NCBI GenBank assembly: GCA_965153285.1
Contig: OZ229129.1
Reading direction: 5' to 3' (one strand)
Source: Podarcis tiliguerta
Lineage: Eukaryota
DNA length: 64,000 nucleotides
Below, piece after piece: positions 62,513 to 64,000 of the stretch (within the stretch, counting starts at the first letter, position 1; every line of letters starts with the position of its first letter). A model generated the notes under the pieces. It worked only from the letters and a program-made list of their open reading frames with translations, did no database searches and was not told where the DNA came from. The translations under genes and the position numbers were made by a program.

Positions 62513-62920
62513 TAGGGATGGTTGAATCTGTCACTTTTGGTTCTTCTCAGCTTCTCATTTTCCCATGCAAGTTCAGTGCTCCACATTTCCCCTTCATTTC
62601 ACGATTTTGTTGCTGTTGCTGTTGTTTAAAATCCCTCATGAAGATTATCCAGCATTTTAGTGTGAATTTCTCCTAATATGCACATTAGAATGCAATTTTG
62701 CCTAATACAGGTATACACATTTTCTGAATAAAAACAGATATATAATTCTATATATTATCTATATCTCTCTCTCCCCCCCCCCCCCATGATATTAGGTTGG
62801 AGCACTGCATTGCAAAATCTAGAGAAGTGTGAATTTCAAAGGATGGCTGTGCTCCAGTTTGTGCATTGTTTCAGAATATGCCTTAAATATGAACTGAATT
62901 GAATCTCTCCCCCATCCCTG
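62513..62920. mobile_element. hAT (Ac-like TIR) MITE
   Basis: TAGGGATGG...CCATCCCTG ends; 8-bp TSD GCGGGGGC / GCGAGGAC (6/8 match). Confidence 0.75.
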
Positions 62921-63270
62921 GCGAGGACAGAAACAGATGGAAGATCTCCCTTTGGAAAGCGAGCCAAACCAACTATAGCAGTAGGATCTTGGTCCTGAGC
63001 AGCAGGCAGGGTGTAAGTCTAATAGGCAGGGCCTGGCTAGATCTGTTAGATCTGAAGCACAAGAAGAAGAAATGCTAGAAGCACTCCAGGCCCCAGTATC
63101 ATGACCAGATCAGATCTGAGCTACAACTCATGAGATGAAAGGGGCCCTTGAATCAGGGAATGCTGAACTAGGGCCTCTGGTGTCTGTGTCCTTGGAGCCT
63201 GCACTGCTTGAGGGATTCCATGCATTCCGTGGACACACGTCTCCTTGTCAGCCTGTTAGTGCAATCAGTA

Positions 63271-63523
63271 AGGAGGAGGAGGAGGAGTTTGGATTTGATA
63301 TCCCACTTTATCACTCCCCTTCAGGAGTCTCAAAGCGGCTAACATTCTCCTTTCCCTTCCTTCCCCACAACAAACACTCTGTGAAGTGAATGGGGCTGAG
63401 AGACTTCAAAGAAGTGTGACTGGCCCAAGGTCACCCAGCAGCTGCATGTGGAGGAGCGGAGACACGAACCCGGTTCCCCAGATTACGGATCTATCGCTCT
63501 TAACCACTACACCACACTGGCTG
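63271..63523 (-). mobile_element. Squam3-type tRNA/CORE SINE
   Basis: Minus strand AGCCAGTGTGGTGTAGTGGTTAAGAGC...GGGTTCG; (CTC)n tail; homologous to 1234-1482. Confidence 0.82.
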
Positions 63524-64000
63524 AGCCAGGGGAGAGACATATTATCAGCCATGCTAGCAAAATGAAGCCTCCACATTCAAGAGCAGCATGCATCTGAAAA
63601 GAAGTTTCTCTGCACCAAGTAGGGGAGGACTGTTGGCTCCAAGCCCTGCCAGCAGACATCTTGGGAACATCTGGCTGGCCACTATGGGAAATATGAAGCT
63701 GAGCTAGACAGACTTTTAAGCTAATCCAGATGGGCCCTCCTCGTGTCCTTCTCATTAGCTTGATGGAAGTCTGTACACAGTCACACTAGAAACAAAAGGA
63801 ACAATCTCCTGCCTTCTGTTAAGTAGTTCCCATCACCCCTTTCCACAGTTTAACAGCTGTATCTGCTGCAGAGCTTTAATTGTAAGCTGAGGCCCTCGAG
63901 CCTCATGTTTTTAAACACTTCTTTCTAACCACCTGCTTCCAAATTGCATATAGGAAATCATCCAAAAAGATGTGAATGAGAAACAGCAACTACTTCAACC

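Overview
This is non-coding squamate genomic DNA, most likely from a lacertid lizard (judged from the SINE types), and is either a large intron or intergenic. I find no convincing protein-coding gene; nearly all ORF-track entries are chance ORFs or transposon-derived. The window is dense in repeats: 8 Sauria (Squam1-type) SINEs, several with TSDs; 2 Squam3-type SINEs; tRNA-head SINEs with CR1-like tails; Tc1/mariner- and hAT-type MITEs; L2 and CR1 remnants; and one 780-bp solo LTR. The standout feature is two very young copies of one Penelope-like element (PLE) family, 8 kb apart (33467-33950 and 41357-42724). Each is a near-perfect palindrome (219-bp and 668-bp arms) between (TA)n tracts. Each arm carries a minimal hammerhead-ribozyme motif and an inward-facing TATAAATA, and a 28-nt tail is present on one end only. 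The longer copy encodes the C-terminus of the PLE ORF, whose stop codon lies inside the ribozyme. Also noted are a candidate TATA/Inr-driven two-exon transcript on the minus strand (~9450-10770) and several repeat-free, motif-dense blocks that may be conserved enhancers. Family names were assigned by eye from memory of consensus sequences; no searches were run, and coordinates of degraded repeats are approximate.
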